32,000 bases of DNA from Candidatus Methanomethylophilaceae archaeon. GTDB taxonomy: Archaea; Thermoplasmatota; Thermoplasmata; Methanomassiliicoccales; Methanomethylophilaceae. Positions within the stretch are counted from its first letter, which is position 1. Every line of letters starts with the position of its first letter. Below the pieces are notes generated by a model. It was not told the DNA's origin, ran no database searches, and saw nothing but the letters and a program-made list of their open reading frames with translations. The stretch is taken from assembly GCA_017519045.1 (NCBI GenBank), contig JAFWTC010000082.1, forward strand, positions 14,178 through 46,177, written 5' to 3'. Made by a program: the position numbers and the translations under genes. Positions 17,664 through 24,767 of this stretch are shown here, piece after piece.

Positions 17664-18662
17664 TCATGCCCCCTGCTTGGAGTCGGTGGAGACGTAGGTG
17701 ACGTCGACCGCCTCGGTGCTGGCCTTCTTAGGGACCCTGGTGGCGTCTCTGAACCTGATCAGCCTCTTGGTGGGTCCGGGAACCGATCCGTGGACGAGGA
17801 CGTAGGTGTTCCTGACCTCGCCGTAGTTGACGAAGCCTCCCCTGGGGGTGACCTCCGAGCCGTCGGTTCCGACCTTCATGACTTTCTTGTTGAACTCGGT
17901 CCTCTGGTGGTATCCCATCTGACCGGATCCGGGGACGGTGGATCTCACGTATCCGGGTCTCTTGGGTCCGAGGTTTCCGATTCCGCGGCGGTGCTTGCTG
18001 TTCCTGTGGGACAGGAGCTTGACACCCCAGCGCTTGGTGACTCCCTGGAATCCCTTTCCCTTGGTCACGGCGATCACGTCGGTGTAGGCGCCTTCGGCGA
18101 TGAAGCTGTCGAAAGGCACCTCGGTGCCGAGGATGCTCTTCGCGTATGCGACCCTCTCGTCGATGGTTCCGCCGCCGATCCTGAGCTCCATGAGGTCGGG
18201 GACCTTCTTGGGGACTCCCGAGACCATCTTGGGCTGGGTGTAGGCGAGGACGCGGACATCCTCGATGTCGAGGCCGTCGTACCTGGCGAAGGTCGACTCG
18301 TCGTGTCCCTTGGGAACGCAGAGGCGCTTGCCGAGTATGGAGTCGAGCTCCTTGGCCCACACCTCCCCGGCGGTCTTGAGGCCGAGGACGCTGCTCTCGT
18401 AGAACCTGACGGCGGCGATCTTCATCGGGGGGACCTCGATGACGGTGACCGGAACCTGGATCTCCATTCCGGAGGTCGTGCTCTTAGGGCGCGAGTCGAC
18501 GACGAACGCGTGGGTCATGCCCGCTTTGTAGCCCGCGAAGCCCTGGATCTTAGGGCTTCCGCTGATCTCGGGCCACGAGTCGAGCCTAGGCGTCTGCGAC
18601 TGTGCTCTCTTCCTAGGGCCGTATGCCCTAGATCCTCTCTTAGGACGTCTTCTTTGTGGCAT
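17664..18662 (-). CDS. rpl3: 50S ribosomal protein uL3
   Basis: MPQRRRPKRGSRAYGPRKRA...FQGVTKRWG. ATG at 18662. The track ORF starts at a GTG at 18671. Confidence 0.93.
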   Translation of the reverse strand: MPQRRRPKRGSRAYGPRKRAQSQTPRLDSWPEISGSPKIQGFAGYKAGMTHAFVVDSRPKSTTSGMEIQVPVTVIEVPPMKIAAVRFYESSVLGLKTAGEVWAKELDSILGKRLCVPKGHDESTFARYDGLDIEDVRVLAYTQPKMVSGVPKKVPDLMELRIGGGTIDERVAYAKSILGTEVPFDSFIAEGAYTDVIAVTKGKGFQGVTKRWGVKLLSHRNSKHRRGIGNLGPKRPGYVRSTVPGSGQMGYHQRTEFNKKVMKVGTDGSEVTPRGGFVNYGEVRNTYVLVHGSVPGPTKRLIRFRDATRVPKKASTEAVDVTYVSTDSKQGA

Positions 18663-18846
18663 ATTTGACACATACCTGCGAGGGTGTCTTCGCTAACCTC
18701 GCGCTTTATCAGACGAACGTCTTAATGCTCCGACCGTGACGCCTATGGTGCCGTCAAAATCCCCTGGGGGAGACGGCGGGATATGGGATGCAGGTGCATT
18801 GCCCGATGCGTCTGGTCGGACACTATTTGGTCCAATCCGAACCGTG

Positions 18847-18904
18847 CTATATACAAGTGGTATTTAAAGTTACGCTGGGTTTTGAACGCACGCGTAATAT
18901 AAAG
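18847..18904 (-). promoter_or_regulatory. Candidate promoter region of the r-protein operon, with three TATA-like elements
   Basis: On the minus strand: CTTTATATTA (18895-18904), ACTTTAAATA (18861-18870) and TTGTATATAG (18847-18856). This is the only AT-rich patch upstream of rpl3. Confidence 0.45.
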
Positions 18905-18934
18905 AAAAGAATGGCTCGGGACGATGCCCGGGCC
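18901..18934 (-). terminator. Hairpin plus oligo-T terminator of the RaSEA/small-protein unit
   Basis: GGCTCGGG (18913-18920) pairs with CCCGGGCC (18927-18934). On the minus strand it is followed by ATTCTTTTCTTT. It begins 5 nt after the stop at 18939. Confidence 0.55.
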
Positions 18935-18938
18935 GGGA

Positions 18939-19274
18939 TCAGAGGGTGCCCTCCTTCGCCTTCTTCTGGGCCCTCTTCATGCGGGCCTTGGCGTCGAATC
19001 CGGTGGCCTTCTCCGCGAACTCGTTGAGCTTCCTCTTGCTGTCGAGGACCTGCTCGTCCGGGACCGTCGAGGGGTCCACGTCCTTGTTGACGGTGACTAT
19101 GTCGAGGACGGTCTTGGAGACCACCCTGGCCTCGATCCTCTCCATTATGCCGTACGAGGAGACGAACGCGCCGTCCTCCTCCCTGACGTTGCCGAAGACC
19201 TGCTCCATCATGTTCTTCAGCCCGTCGCCTTCGATGTTCTTGAACCAGCCTTTCTTGATGTCGAAATCGGTCAT
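18939..19274 (-). CDS. Small conserved-looking hypothetical protein (111 aa from ATG 19274)
   Basis: Composition is protein-like. The ATG lies 6 nt after the radical SAM gene's stop and is preceded by GTGAT. The track ORF starts at a TTG at 19280. Confidence 0.65.
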   Translation of the reverse strand: MTDFDIKKGWFKNIEGDGLKNMMEQVFGNVREEDGAFVSSYGIMERIEARVVSKTVLDIVTVNKDVDPSTVPDEQVLDSKRKLNEFAEKATGFDAKARMKRAQKKAKEGTL

Positions 19275-19280
19275 CTTCAA

Positions 19281-20294
19281 TCACGTCCTGAGAATCAATT
19301 CGTTTTCGAAGTCGCGATCGAGGTCAGCAGGGGTGCCCAGCGCGGCCTCGCTCTCCATGTAGGCCTTCCACTTGGCCTGGCATCCGCATGTGACGAACAG
19401 GTCGGCGGGATCCTGGGAGAAGCTGAAGCGCTCCACCGCGTCGAGGGCCGCCTTGTCGCATTCCCCGCAGTTGTGGACGCCCCTCTGGGCCCCGCCCCCG
19501 GACGGCGACGACATGAGCCTGGCGCGGACCGTCCCCGAGAGCGTCTTGAAGACCTCGATGAGGGACCATATCCACGGGGGCCTGAACTCCCCCCTCCGCC
19601 AGAGGCGCTCCACGTAGGTGCCCCTCTGGACGTTCAGGGGGTTCACGGATATCTCGTCGGAGAACTCGTCGGCGAACCTCGCCGAGGCTACGGCGTCGCG
19701 GATCGCCATGGACTCCGTCATGAACGGCGGCTTCAGCAGGAGGTACGTCCTGACCCCCAGGCCGCGGGACTTCAGCAGAAGGCCGGCCCTGCGTATGTCG
19801 TCCGGGGTGAACCCCTTGCGGACGGAGGACTCCAGGACCTTCGGGTCGGAGGACTCCAGGCCCAGGGCCACGGTGACGTTCGGTGGCATCTCGGCGACCG
19901 TGGCCTCGTTGATGAACTCGGGGCGGCTCTCGAACAGGAGGCGCCTGCATCCCGAGAAGGCCTCGTAGAATCTGGCCCTCACCGACGGGGGCACCTCGGC
20001 GTCGTCCAGGAAACTGCCGGAGGTGTATATCTTCACGAACGGCTCGCCCTTGTACTTGGAGAGCGCCTGGTCCAGCTGCTTCAGCAGGTCCTCCTCCGTG
20101 ACCTCACGGAGGGACGCCTCCCTATATCCGCACATTGTGCATCCGCCGCTTCTGACCCAGCAGCACCCGCTGGTGCGCATGATGACGACCATCGCGCGGA
20201 CCTTCCCGCCGTCCGCCATGTCGTCCTCCTTCCAGAGCGCCTCGAGCTCCGACGGGGACCTCCTCTCCTTCACAAGACTCACCTGGATGCTCAT
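19281..20294 (-). CDS. Radical SAM enzyme of the archaeal TIGR01210 / RaSEA-like family (archaeosine formation partner of ArcS)
   Basis: VVIMRTSGCCWVRSGGCTMCGY Cys motif, FVKIYTSGSFLDD, LGLESSDPKVLE, and a C-terminal Cys cluster (HNCGECD...CGC). The start is uncertain; alternatives are ATG 20336 and ATG 20360. Confidence 0.6.
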   Translation of the reverse strand: MSIQVSLVKERRSPSELEALWKEDDMADGGKVRAMVVIMRTSGCCWVRSGGCTMCGYREASLREVTEEDLLKQLDQALSKYKGEPFVKIYTSGSFLDDAEVPPSVRARFYEAFSGCRRLLFESRPEFINEATVAEMPPNVTVALGLESSDPKVLESSVRKGFTPDDIRRAGLLLKSRGLGVRTYLLLKPPFMTESMAIRDAVASARFADEFSDEISVNPLNVQRGTYVERLWRRGEFRPPWIWSLIEVFKTLSGTVRARLMSSPSGGGAQRGVHNCGECDKAALDAVERFSFSQDPADLFVTCGCQAKWKAYMESEAALGTPADLDRDFENELILRT

Positions 20295-20367
20295 TTCCGC
20301 ATACGGATATAACGTTTTGTCACCCGTCCCGCGCATATTCCGGGACCGCGCGGACGCCATGAGCAAG

Positions 20368-20394
20368 ATATTTAAAAACCTCCTTTATACAATC
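20368..20394. promoter_or_regulatory. AT-rich divergent promoter region between the radical SAM gene and the flavoprotein gene
   Basis: ATATTTAAAAAC (20368-20379) reads as a TATA box on both strands. A second element, TTTATACAA, lies at 20385-20393. Confidence 0.4.
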
Positions 20395-20408
20395 GCACGG
20401 TATACCGA

Positions 20409-21761
20409 ATGGCTAGAAGAATCATCGTCATAGGCTCGGGCGCCGCCGGCATGTCCGCCGCGTCCGCCGCCAAGGAGGGGGACCCCTCAGCGGAGGTCAC
20501 CGTTTTCACCGAGGACGAGGACGTCGCCTACTCGCCGTGCGCGATCCCGTGGGGGATCGAGGGGAGGATAGGCTGGGACGGCATCGTCATGCACACTCCC
20601 GAATTCTACGAGAAGGAGCGCGGGATCAAAGTATACACCAAGACCAAGGTCGATTCCGTCGACGACTCCGCGAAGACCGTCTCCGCGGCCGGAAAGATGT
20701 ACCCGTACGACTCGCTGGTACTCGCCACCGGCGGAAAAGTCTTCATCCCCCCGATACCCGGGGCGGACCTCGGCAACGTCTTCGTCGTCAGGACCGTCAG
20801 GAACGGGAAGGACATACAGGCCGCCGCCAAGAATGCGTCCAAAGTGGTCATAGGCGGAGCCGGCGTCATCGGCCTGGAGCTCGCCGTGTCGTTCAGGAAC
20901 ATGGGCAAGGACGTGACCGTCATCGAGATGATGGACCAGGTCATCCCGCGCATAGCGGACGGCGACATGGCCGGGATCGTCCAGAGGAACCTGGAGGAAA
21001 TGGGCGTCAAGTTCGTCATGAAGGCCCCGATCCAGTCCGTGAACGGGGACGGGAAGGTCTCCAGCGTCACCGCCGCCGGGAACGAGTACCCGTGCGACCT
21101 CATGATATTCGCTACCGGGGTCAGGGCCAACCTCGACATCCCCAAGGCCATGGGCCTGGACGTCGGCCAGCTCGGGGCGCTCATAGCGTCGCCCACGATG
21201 CAGCCCTACAGGAGGGGGCGCCTCGTCCCCGACGTGTACGTCGCGGGAGACCTCGTCCAATGCGAGTCCGCGGTCATGCCCGGGGCCACCATGAGCCAGC
21301 TCGGGTCCACCGCGGTGAAGCAGGCCTACGTCGCCGGCAGCAACGCCGCAGGGCTGCCCCCGAAGGTCTTCGGACCCGTCGCCAGCCCGTGGGTCAGCGT
21401 CATCGGCGGCCTCCAGATCGCCGGGACCGGGCTCTCCTCGGGGCTGGCGTCCTGGTACGGCATCCGCGTCGCGGAAGGAATATCCGAAGGATCCACCCGC
21501 GCCAGGTACTATCCCGGCGGGAAGATGCTCCGCGTGAAGGTCCTCGGCGACAGGTACACCCGCAGGATCGTCGGGGCGCAGATCATAGCCGGGGAGGAGG
21601 CCACCGGGCGCATCGACTGGCTCACCTCCGCGATCGTGTCCGGATGGACCGCGGACGACTTCATGGCCCGCGCGGAGAACGCGTACTGCCCGCCCACGTC
21701 AATGGTCGTGGACCCGGTGGTGTCCGCCGTCTGGGACCTCTGCAACAAGCTGGGCCAGTGA
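20409..21761 (+). CDS. FAD-dependent pyridine nucleotide-disulfide oxidoreductase (NADH oxidase / CoA-disulfide reductase-like, single redox Cys)
   Basis: Has GSGAAG and GGAGVIGLE dinucleotide-binding motifs. The motif YSPCAIPW is typical of the Nox/Npx/CoADR subgroup. Confidence 0.85.
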   Translation: MARRIIVIGSGAAGMSAASAAKEGDPSAEVTVFTEDEDVAYSPCAIPWGIEGRIGWDGIVMHTPEFYEKERGIKVYTKTKVDSVDDSAKTVSAAGKMYPYDSLVLATGGKVFIPPIPGADLGNVFVVRTVRNGKDIQAAAKNASKVVIGGAGVIGLELAVSFRNMGKDVTVIEMMDQVIPRIADGDMAGIVQRNLEEMGVKFVMKAPIQSVNGDGKVSSVTAAGNEYPCDLMIFATGVRANLDIPKAMGLDVGQLGALIASPTMQPYRRGRLVPDVYVAGDLVQCESAVMPGATMSQLGSTAVKQAYVAGSNAAGLPPKVFGPVASPWVSVIGGLQIAGTGLSSGLASWYGIRVAEGISEGSTRARYYPGGKMLRVKVLGDRYTRRIVGAQIIAGEEATGRIDWLTSAIVSGWTADDFMARAENAYCPPTSMVVDPVVSAVWDLCNKLGQ

Positions 21762-21765
21762 TCAC

Positions 21766-22527
21766 GTGGACTACGACGAGTACAAGGACCTCTACAACAG
21801 CCTCAGGACGGCGAAGGACGTCGGAAGGCTCTCGGACAGATACGACGAGAGGCTTCTTGACACCCTCTTCACCCAGAAGACCAGCAGGGAGGTCAAGAAG
21901 AACTTCTACCGCGTCAAGCAGAACTCCAAGAGGATGCTCAAGGACTGGACGAAGGGGACCTCCATCATGGGGCTGTCCGAGAAGTACCGCTTCCCTCCCA
22001 TCCTCGTCGCGATGTTCATCTTCCTGGAGGACGGGGCGTCCAAGAAGGAGTTCTGGGGCTACGTCAAGGACCCCGACCTCCTGGAGAGCCCCGAGGCCGC
22101 GGCGGAGCTCCGCGAGGCCGTCAGGAACGACATTGTGTACTCCCCCGACGCCAGCCTCCGCCAGAAGGAGAGGGGGCTCTGGGGCGAGGGGCTGCTGCAC
22201 GAGTGGCTGGACGGCCAGGGCGTCGGATACCGCACGGAGAACGACCTCCGCGGAGAGGAGACCGTGAAGACCCCCGACTGCCTTCTTGACGAGCCCGTCA
22301 TCTACAAGGGCAAGAAGATCTGCTGGGTCGAGAGCAAGGCGTCCTTCGGCGACAACGTGGAGTTCAGGTTCAACTCCAGGAAGCAGCTGGTGCCTTACAC
22401 CCAGCTCTTCGGGCCGGGGCTTGTCGTGTACTGGGTGGGATGCTTGGACGACCTCGAATGTCCGGAGGACGTCTACGTGGACGACATGTCCGTGATGGAC
22501 GTCAAGCTTGAGATATTCAAGGATTGA
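21766..22527 (+). CDS. TPD-motif protein: archaeal homologue of eukaryotic CDIN1/C15orf41 (predicted PD-(D/E)XK nuclease with N-terminal helical/HTH region)
   Basis: KTPDCLLDEPVIYKGKKICWVESKASFGD...FGPGLVVYWVGCLDDL matches my memory of the conserved core of Pfam 'TPD' and human CDIN1. The GTG start lies 4 nt after the flavoprotein stop and is preceded by GTGATC. Confidence 0.75.
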   Translation: MDYDEYKDLYNSLRTAKDVGRLSDRYDERLLDTLFTQKTSREVKKNFYRVKQNSKRMLKDWTKGTSIMGLSEKYRFPPILVAMFIFLEDGASKKEFWGYVKDPDLLESPEAAAELREAVRNDIVYSPDASLRQKERGLWGEGLLHEWLDGQGVGYRTENDLRGEETVKTPDCLLDEPVIYKGKKICWVESKASFGDNVEFRFNSRKQLVPYTQLFGPGLVVYWVGCLDDLECPEDVYVDDMSVMDVKLEIFKD

Positions 22528-22529
22528 AA

Positions 22530-22545
22530 GGGGGGTCTCCCCCCC
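22530..22545. terminator. G6-TCT-C7 hairpin between convergent genes; possible bidirectional terminator
   Basis: GGGGGGTCTCCCCCCC sits in the 19-nt gap between the stops at 22527 (+) and 22547 (-). Confidence 0.35.
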
Positions 22546-22546
22546 A

Positions 22547-23431
22547 TCATTCTATTTCCGCGCGGAGCTCGCCCATGGTGGCCTCGCGCTCGGCGAACGC
22601 GTTGTGCTTGTGTATGGACTCCTCGGACTCGCTCATGACGTCGACGTACACCTCATCGGGAAGGCCCTTGAACCTCTCCACGAGATTGTCCAGCACGCTT
22701 CTGACGACGTCCTCGACGAACTTCGTGTTGCGATGGGCGTTGATTATGACCTGTCCCTCGTCGGGCCTCTTGAGGAGCTCGAACGTCGGTGAGGAGAATG
22801 AGGCCTCCACCAGGTCGATGAGGTCGTCGGCCTCCACGGAGACGTCCTCGGGGACCTCCAGGACGACGGAGCAGACGTTCCTCTGGTTGTGGGTCATGAC
22901 AGGCAGTTCCGTGTCGTATCCTAGCATCTCGGTGACGGTCTGCTGCCCGCAGGGGCATGCGGTCATGCCAATGACCTCCACGCCGATCTTCTTGAGGAGG
23001 GCGCCGTCCCTCTCGATATGTCCGCCGGCCATGAGCTCGTAGGACTCGAAGGTCGGCTTTCCGAGAGGGGTCTTGCCGGCGCGGAAGTACTCAGCGGTGA
23101 TCAGGACGTCGGCGGTGAGGGCGTACTCGTGGCGGACGAGAAGCTTCCTGCAAATGTCGGCCGCCATGTCCTCGAGCCCGGTTATGGGCTCCTTGACGCT
23201 CTCCCCCACGACCTCGTTCAGGACCTCGACGTTCCTGGACATGTGCGACCCCTTCTGGCTGGCGGGAAGGTCGACGAAGATGTCTATGGAGCAGTTGAGG
23301 GCGTTGTTGAGGGCTCCGTTTATGCCCTCCCTCTTGACGACCACGGGCTTGTGGACGCCTCTGACGCCGACGCGGGTGAGCTTGAACCCGAATTCCCCGC
23401 TGCCGTACTGAAGGTCGCATTTCAATGCCAT
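22547..23431 (-). CDS. GTP cyclohydrolase of the FolE2/MptA family (COG1469; archaeal type IB/IV)
   Basis: LTRVGVRGV, SQKGSHMSRN, ACPCGQ and THNQRN motifs. I cannot separate MptA from FolE2 by eye. Confidence 0.8.
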   Translation of the reverse strand: MALKCDLQYGSGEFGFKLTRVGVRGVHKPVVVKREGINGALNNALNCSIDIFVDLPASQKGSHMSRNVEVLNEVVGESVKEPITGLEDMAADICRKLLVRHEYALTADVLITAEYFRAGKTPLGKPTFESYELMAGGHIERDGALLKKIGVEVIGMTACPCGQQTVTEMLGYDTELPVMTHNQRNVCSVVLEVPEDVSVEADDLIDLVEASFSSPTFELLKRPDEGQVIINAHRNTKFVEDVVRSVLDNLVERFKGLPDEVYVDVMSESEESIHKHNAFAEREATMGELRAEIE

Positions 23432-23454
23432 ATGGCGCTCTGTAACATAAGTTG

Positions 23455-23465
23455 GTAATAAAAGA
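23455..23465. promoter_or_regulatory. Shared TATA-like element for the divergent GTP cyclohydrolase and RNase HII genes
   Basis: GGTAATAAAAG / CTTTTATTACC lies ~26-28 nt from ATG 23431 (-) and from ATG 23485 (+). This is consistent with leaderless transcripts in both directions. Confidence 0.4.
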
Positions 23466-23484
23466 TTGTCCAGGGCGGTTTCCG

Positions 23485-24189
23485 ATGAAACACGGTTCTA
23501 TTCCAAACGCAACCGTATTCTACGTGCCGCCCCTACGCCGACCCATGTACTGCGGAGTGGACGAGGCCGGGAGAGGCTCGGTGATGGGCCCTCTGGTGGT
23601 GGGAGCGGTCTTCACGGAATCCGACGACGTCCTCCTGGAGATCGGCGTCAAGGACTCGAAGAAGCTCACGCCGAGGAGGCGCGAGGCCATGTACGGCGAG
23701 ATCACGTCCTCCGTCCCGGGATGGTCCGTGGAGATCGTGTCTGCGGAGGACATAGACCGCCTTCGGAAGACCATGACGCTCAACGAGATAGAGATGGACA
23801 TGTTCAAGTCAGCCGTCACCAGATATCCGACGGAAAAAGTCATCGCGGACTGCCCCGACGTGAACGAGGCCGGGTTCTCCGCCCGCTTCCGGACGATGCT
23901 TCCGCCTGAAACCAACGTTACAGCAAAGCATAAAGCGGATGACACATACCCCGTGGTATCGGCCGCGTCCATTGTAGCCAAAGTGACCCGCGACAGGATG
24001 ATGGAAGACATCCGCGCGGAGTTCGGGACCGATGTGGGAAGCGGCTACCCCAGCGACCATTACACGATGGAGTTCATCGGAGACTGGATAAAGGAGAACG
24101 GGAAGGCGCCTCCGCACGTGCGGTGCTCCTGGGAACCCGTCAGGGCCATGCTGTCGATGAGAGCCGTCAGAAAGATAAGCGACTGGTGA
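23485..24189 (+). CDS. rnhB: Ribonuclease HII
   Basis: GVDEAGRGSVMGPLVVGAV, DSKKLTPRRRE, KADDTYPVVSAASIVAKV. The start at 23485 fits leaderless spacing. The conservative alternative is ATG 23545 (MYCGVDEAGRG). Confidence 0.88.
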   Translation: MKHGSIPNATVFYVPPLRRPMYCGVDEAGRGSVMGPLVVGAVFTESDDVLLEIGVKDSKKLTPRRREAMYGEITSSVPGWSVEIVSAEDIDRLRKTMTLNEIEMDMFKSAVTRYPTEKVIADCPDVNEAGFSARFRTMLPPETNVTAKHKADDTYPVVSAASIVAKVTRDRMMEDIRAEFGTDVGSGYPSDHYTMEFIGDWIKENGKAPPHVRCSWEPVRAMLSMRAVRKISDW

Positions 24190-24194
24190 CCAAG

Positions 24195-24527
24195 ATGACC
24201 ATGGAACAAGAGATACAGGCCATGATTGACAAATTCCACAGGAAAGTGGAGAGCGACCCCGAGTTCAAGAAGGAGATCATGTCCGTCAAGAAGTCTGTCA
24301 ACCTGGACCTCGGCGAGGAGAAATACTACATCAAGGTCGAGGACGCCCACGTCTCGGAGTTCAAGAAGGAGCTCCTCGACTCCGCGGACCTGTACGTGAC
24401 CACCACTCCCGAGAGCTTCCGCGGGCTCATGAACGGGACCCTCAGGCCGATGAAGGCCTACGTGCTCAAGAAGATCAGGGTCAAGGGGAAGATCGACGAC
24501 CTCATGTTCCTGAAGAAGTTCTTCTGA
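24195..24527 (+). CDS. SCP2 sterol-carrier-like domain protein (110 aa)
   Basis: FRGLMNGTLRPMKAYVLKKIRVKGKIDDLMFLKKF is a typical SCP2 C-terminus. The ATG at 24195 lies 5 nt after the rnhB stop. Confidence 0.7.
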   Translation: MTMEQEIQAMIDKFHRKVESDPEFKKEIMSVKKSVNLDLGEEKYYIKVEDAHVSEFKKELLDSADLYVTTTPESFRGLMNGTLRPMKAYVLKKIRVKGKIDDLMFLKKFF

Positions 24528-24534
24528 TTCCAAA

Positions 24535-24566
24535 CCCAGATGGCCGCAGGCTTGTGGCCCTCTGGG
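24535..24566 (+). terminator. Hairpin after the SCP2 gene; possible terminator or insulator before the tRNA promoter
   Basis: CCCAGATGGCC (24535-24545) pairs with GGCCCTCTGGG (24556-24566) with one mismatch and a 10-nt loop. There is no clear T-run. Confidence 0.3.
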
Positions 24567-24571
24567 ATTAA

Positions 24572-24583
24572 CTATAAATATAA
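24572..24583 (+). promoter_or_regulatory. TATA box of the tRNA gene
   Basis: CTATAAATATAA is centred ~27 nt upstream of tRNA position 1 (24605). Confidence 0.6.
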
Positions 24584-24604
24584 TTCCAACTTAGGGTGCT
24601 TTAT

Positions 24605-24682
24605 AGCGAGGTGGGGTAGCCAGGATATCCCGTCGGGCTCATAACCCGGAGACCGGTCGTTCAAATCGACCCCTCGCTACCA
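24605..24682 (+). tRNA. Initiator tRNA-Met (anticodon CAU), with genomically encoded CCA
   Basis: Manual cloverleaf: acceptor stem AGCGAGG/CCTCGCT with an A1:U72 pair; anticodon stem with G29-31:C39-41; loop CUCAUAA; T-arm GGTCG-TTCAAAT-CGACC; discriminator A plus CCA. It is followed by TCTTTT. Confidence 0.85.
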
Positions 24683-24717
24683 TCTTTTCCATCAATTACA
24701 GATTCTTGGACGCGTTC

Positions 24718-24752
24718 AAAAAAAAAGAGTGATTCCGGCGTTCCCGCCGGGA
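24718..24752 (-). terminator. Hairpin plus T9 terminator of the TPR gene
   Basis: On the minus strand, TCCCGGCG-GGAA-CGCCGGAA forms an 8-bp stem. It is followed by CACTC and TTTTTTTTT, 16 nt after the stop at 24768. Confidence 0.6.
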
Positions 24753-24767
24753 TTGGAGATTTGAGGA

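Noticed and set aside
17649-18668. 339-aa plus ORF opposite rpl3 and 462-aa plus ORF (18924-20312) opposite the radical SAM gene
   Set aside because: They are antisense shadow frames with D/G/L/V/R-rich composition and no recognisable motifs.
18672-18860. Possible C/D-box or H/ACA sRNA in the rpl3 leader
   Set aside because: A CUGA (D-box-like) motif is present on the minus strand near 18710. I found no RUGAUGA C box or ACA/ANA arrangement on either strand.
18788-19027. 79-aa plus ORF in the rpl3 upstream region
   Set aside because: It spans the promoter/terminator region and the 3' end of a minus-strand gene. It has no SD or TATA in place and its sequence is implausible.
20537-22267. 576-aa Arg-rich plus ORF spanning the flavoprotein and TPD genes in another frame
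   Set aside because: It is out of frame with two genes that have clear family motifs. The composition is extremely rich in R, G and P.
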